Source: a bacterium (GTDB lineage Bacteria; Sysuimicrobiota; Sysuimicrobiia; Sysuimicrobiales; Humicultoraceae). From it: a DNA stretch of 32,887 nt. The DNA is taken from the NCBI GenBank assembly GCA_050695215.1, contig JBOGSD010000015.1:1-32887 (forward strand), given 5' to 3'. The notes beneath the pieces are model-generated. The model was not told where the DNA came from and made no database searches. It saw only the letters and a program-made list of their open reading frames with translations. Below are positions 32,271 to 32,887 of the stretch, piece by piece; position 1 is the first letter of the stretch; every line of letters starts with the position of its first letter. The position numbers and the translations under genes are program-made.

Positions 32271-32887
32271 TCACACGAGCGCTTCCGCTGCCGCCTCCAG
32301 GGCGGCCTCAAAACAGGCCAGCGGCGCTCGCACCAGCCCGGCGCCAACCTGGCCGATGCCCGCCCGGCGGTGGGCGATGCCGGTGTTCACCCGCGGGGTG
32401 ATGCCGGTGCGCACCACCTTGCGGACGTCGATACCGGTGGGCGTCCCGCGGAAGCCGAGAGCCGGGATGGACCAGGCCGGGTTCTCGGCCACCGTGATCT
32501 CGTACATCTCCTGGGTGGACTCGAGGGCCATCTGCGGCGTCCCGCCGACGAACTGGACGATCGCGGGGGCGGCGGCCATGGCGAAGGCTCCGATCCCGGC
32601 GGTCTCGGTAATGGTCGAATCCCCGATGTCCGGATTGGCGTCGCCCTGGGTGAAGCCGGGGAAGAAAAGCCCCTCCGGCACCTCCGCCGCCGCGGTGAAC
32701 CAGCGGTCCCCCAGGCCGCTGACGCGGATGCCAAAGTCCGTGCCGTTGCGCGCCATGGTGGTGACCAGCGTGCTGCCGGCGACGCCGTGGGCGGGATCAC
32801 ACAGCGCCTTGCAGGCCGCCATCACCGGGTTGAGGGCGGCCAAATCGGTCTCCGCGAAGTAGCGCAGGATGCGTCCCAGGTCGCCGG
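32271..32887 (-). CDS. Hypothetical protein, C-terminal part only (gene continues past the window end)
   Basis: The ORF is open to the window edge. Its composition looks protein-like (GDANPDIGDSTITETAGIGAFAMAAAP). It possibly resembles DUF1116-type proteins, but I am not confident. Confidence 0.4.
   Translation of the reverse strand, partial: GDLGRILRYFAETDLAALNPVMAACKALCDPAHGVAGSTLVTTMARNGTDFGIRVSGLGDRWFTAAAEVPEGLFFPGFTQGDANPDIGDSTITETAGIGAFAMAAAPAIVQFVGGTPQMALESTQEMYEITVAENPAWSIPALGFRGTPTGIDVRKVVRTGITPRVNTGIAHRRAGIGQVGAGLVRAPLACFEAALEAAAEALV

Noticed and set aside
1-32887. CRISPR arrays, IS elements/transposases, toxin-antitoxin pairs
   Set aside because: No short regularly spaced repeats, terminal inverted repeats or transposase-like ORFs are visible anywhere in the window.

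Overview
Very GC-rich (roughly 70%, codon third positions almost all G/C) bacterial chromosomal segment with dense coding, about 30 genes. Protein families were assigned by reading motifs in the supplied translations; no database search was run. Most of the long ORFs in the six-frame track are antisense or overlapping-frame artefacts of the GC bias.

Genes along the window:
- 25-4954 (-): a complete System I cytochrome c maturation operon, ccmABCDEFH, with every junction overlapping by 4 nt or nearly so.
- 4992-8488 (-): co-directional with the ccm operon are a membrane-fused spermidine-synthase-like gene, a luciferase-like (LLM) F420-type oxidoreductase and an SPFH/band-7 gene.
- 8696-13440 (+): a divergent block with a secreted multi-domain N-acetylmuramoyl-L-alanine amidase, an MBL-fold hydrolase, rph, rdgB and a SAM methyltransferase.
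- 13488-23525 (-): a ~10 kb minus-strand block with almost no intergenic space. It carries Ku, a DUF72 protein, LigD, and two tandem paralogues encoding a nucleotide cyclase domain fused to a STAND/NB-ARC NTPase and TPR repeats. The downstream paralogue is broken by a frameshifting ~50-nt deletion.
- 23577-23624: overlapping palindromes in the Ku / hypothetical-gene divergent promoter.
- 23620-27056: a 191-aa hypothetical membrane protein, a second LLM oxidoreductase, a DUF885 putative metallopeptidase and tRNA-Pro(TGG) followed by a hairpin.
- 27066-32887: DUF417/DoxX-like and DinB-family genes, then a type II NADH dehydrogenase carrying an N-terminal membrane module. The same ~120-aa module is repeated three times in the next, translationally coupled gene, which I could not place in any family. 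A PF04199 cyclase/formamidase and a truncated gene close the window.

No CRISPR array, IS element or integrase was seen.
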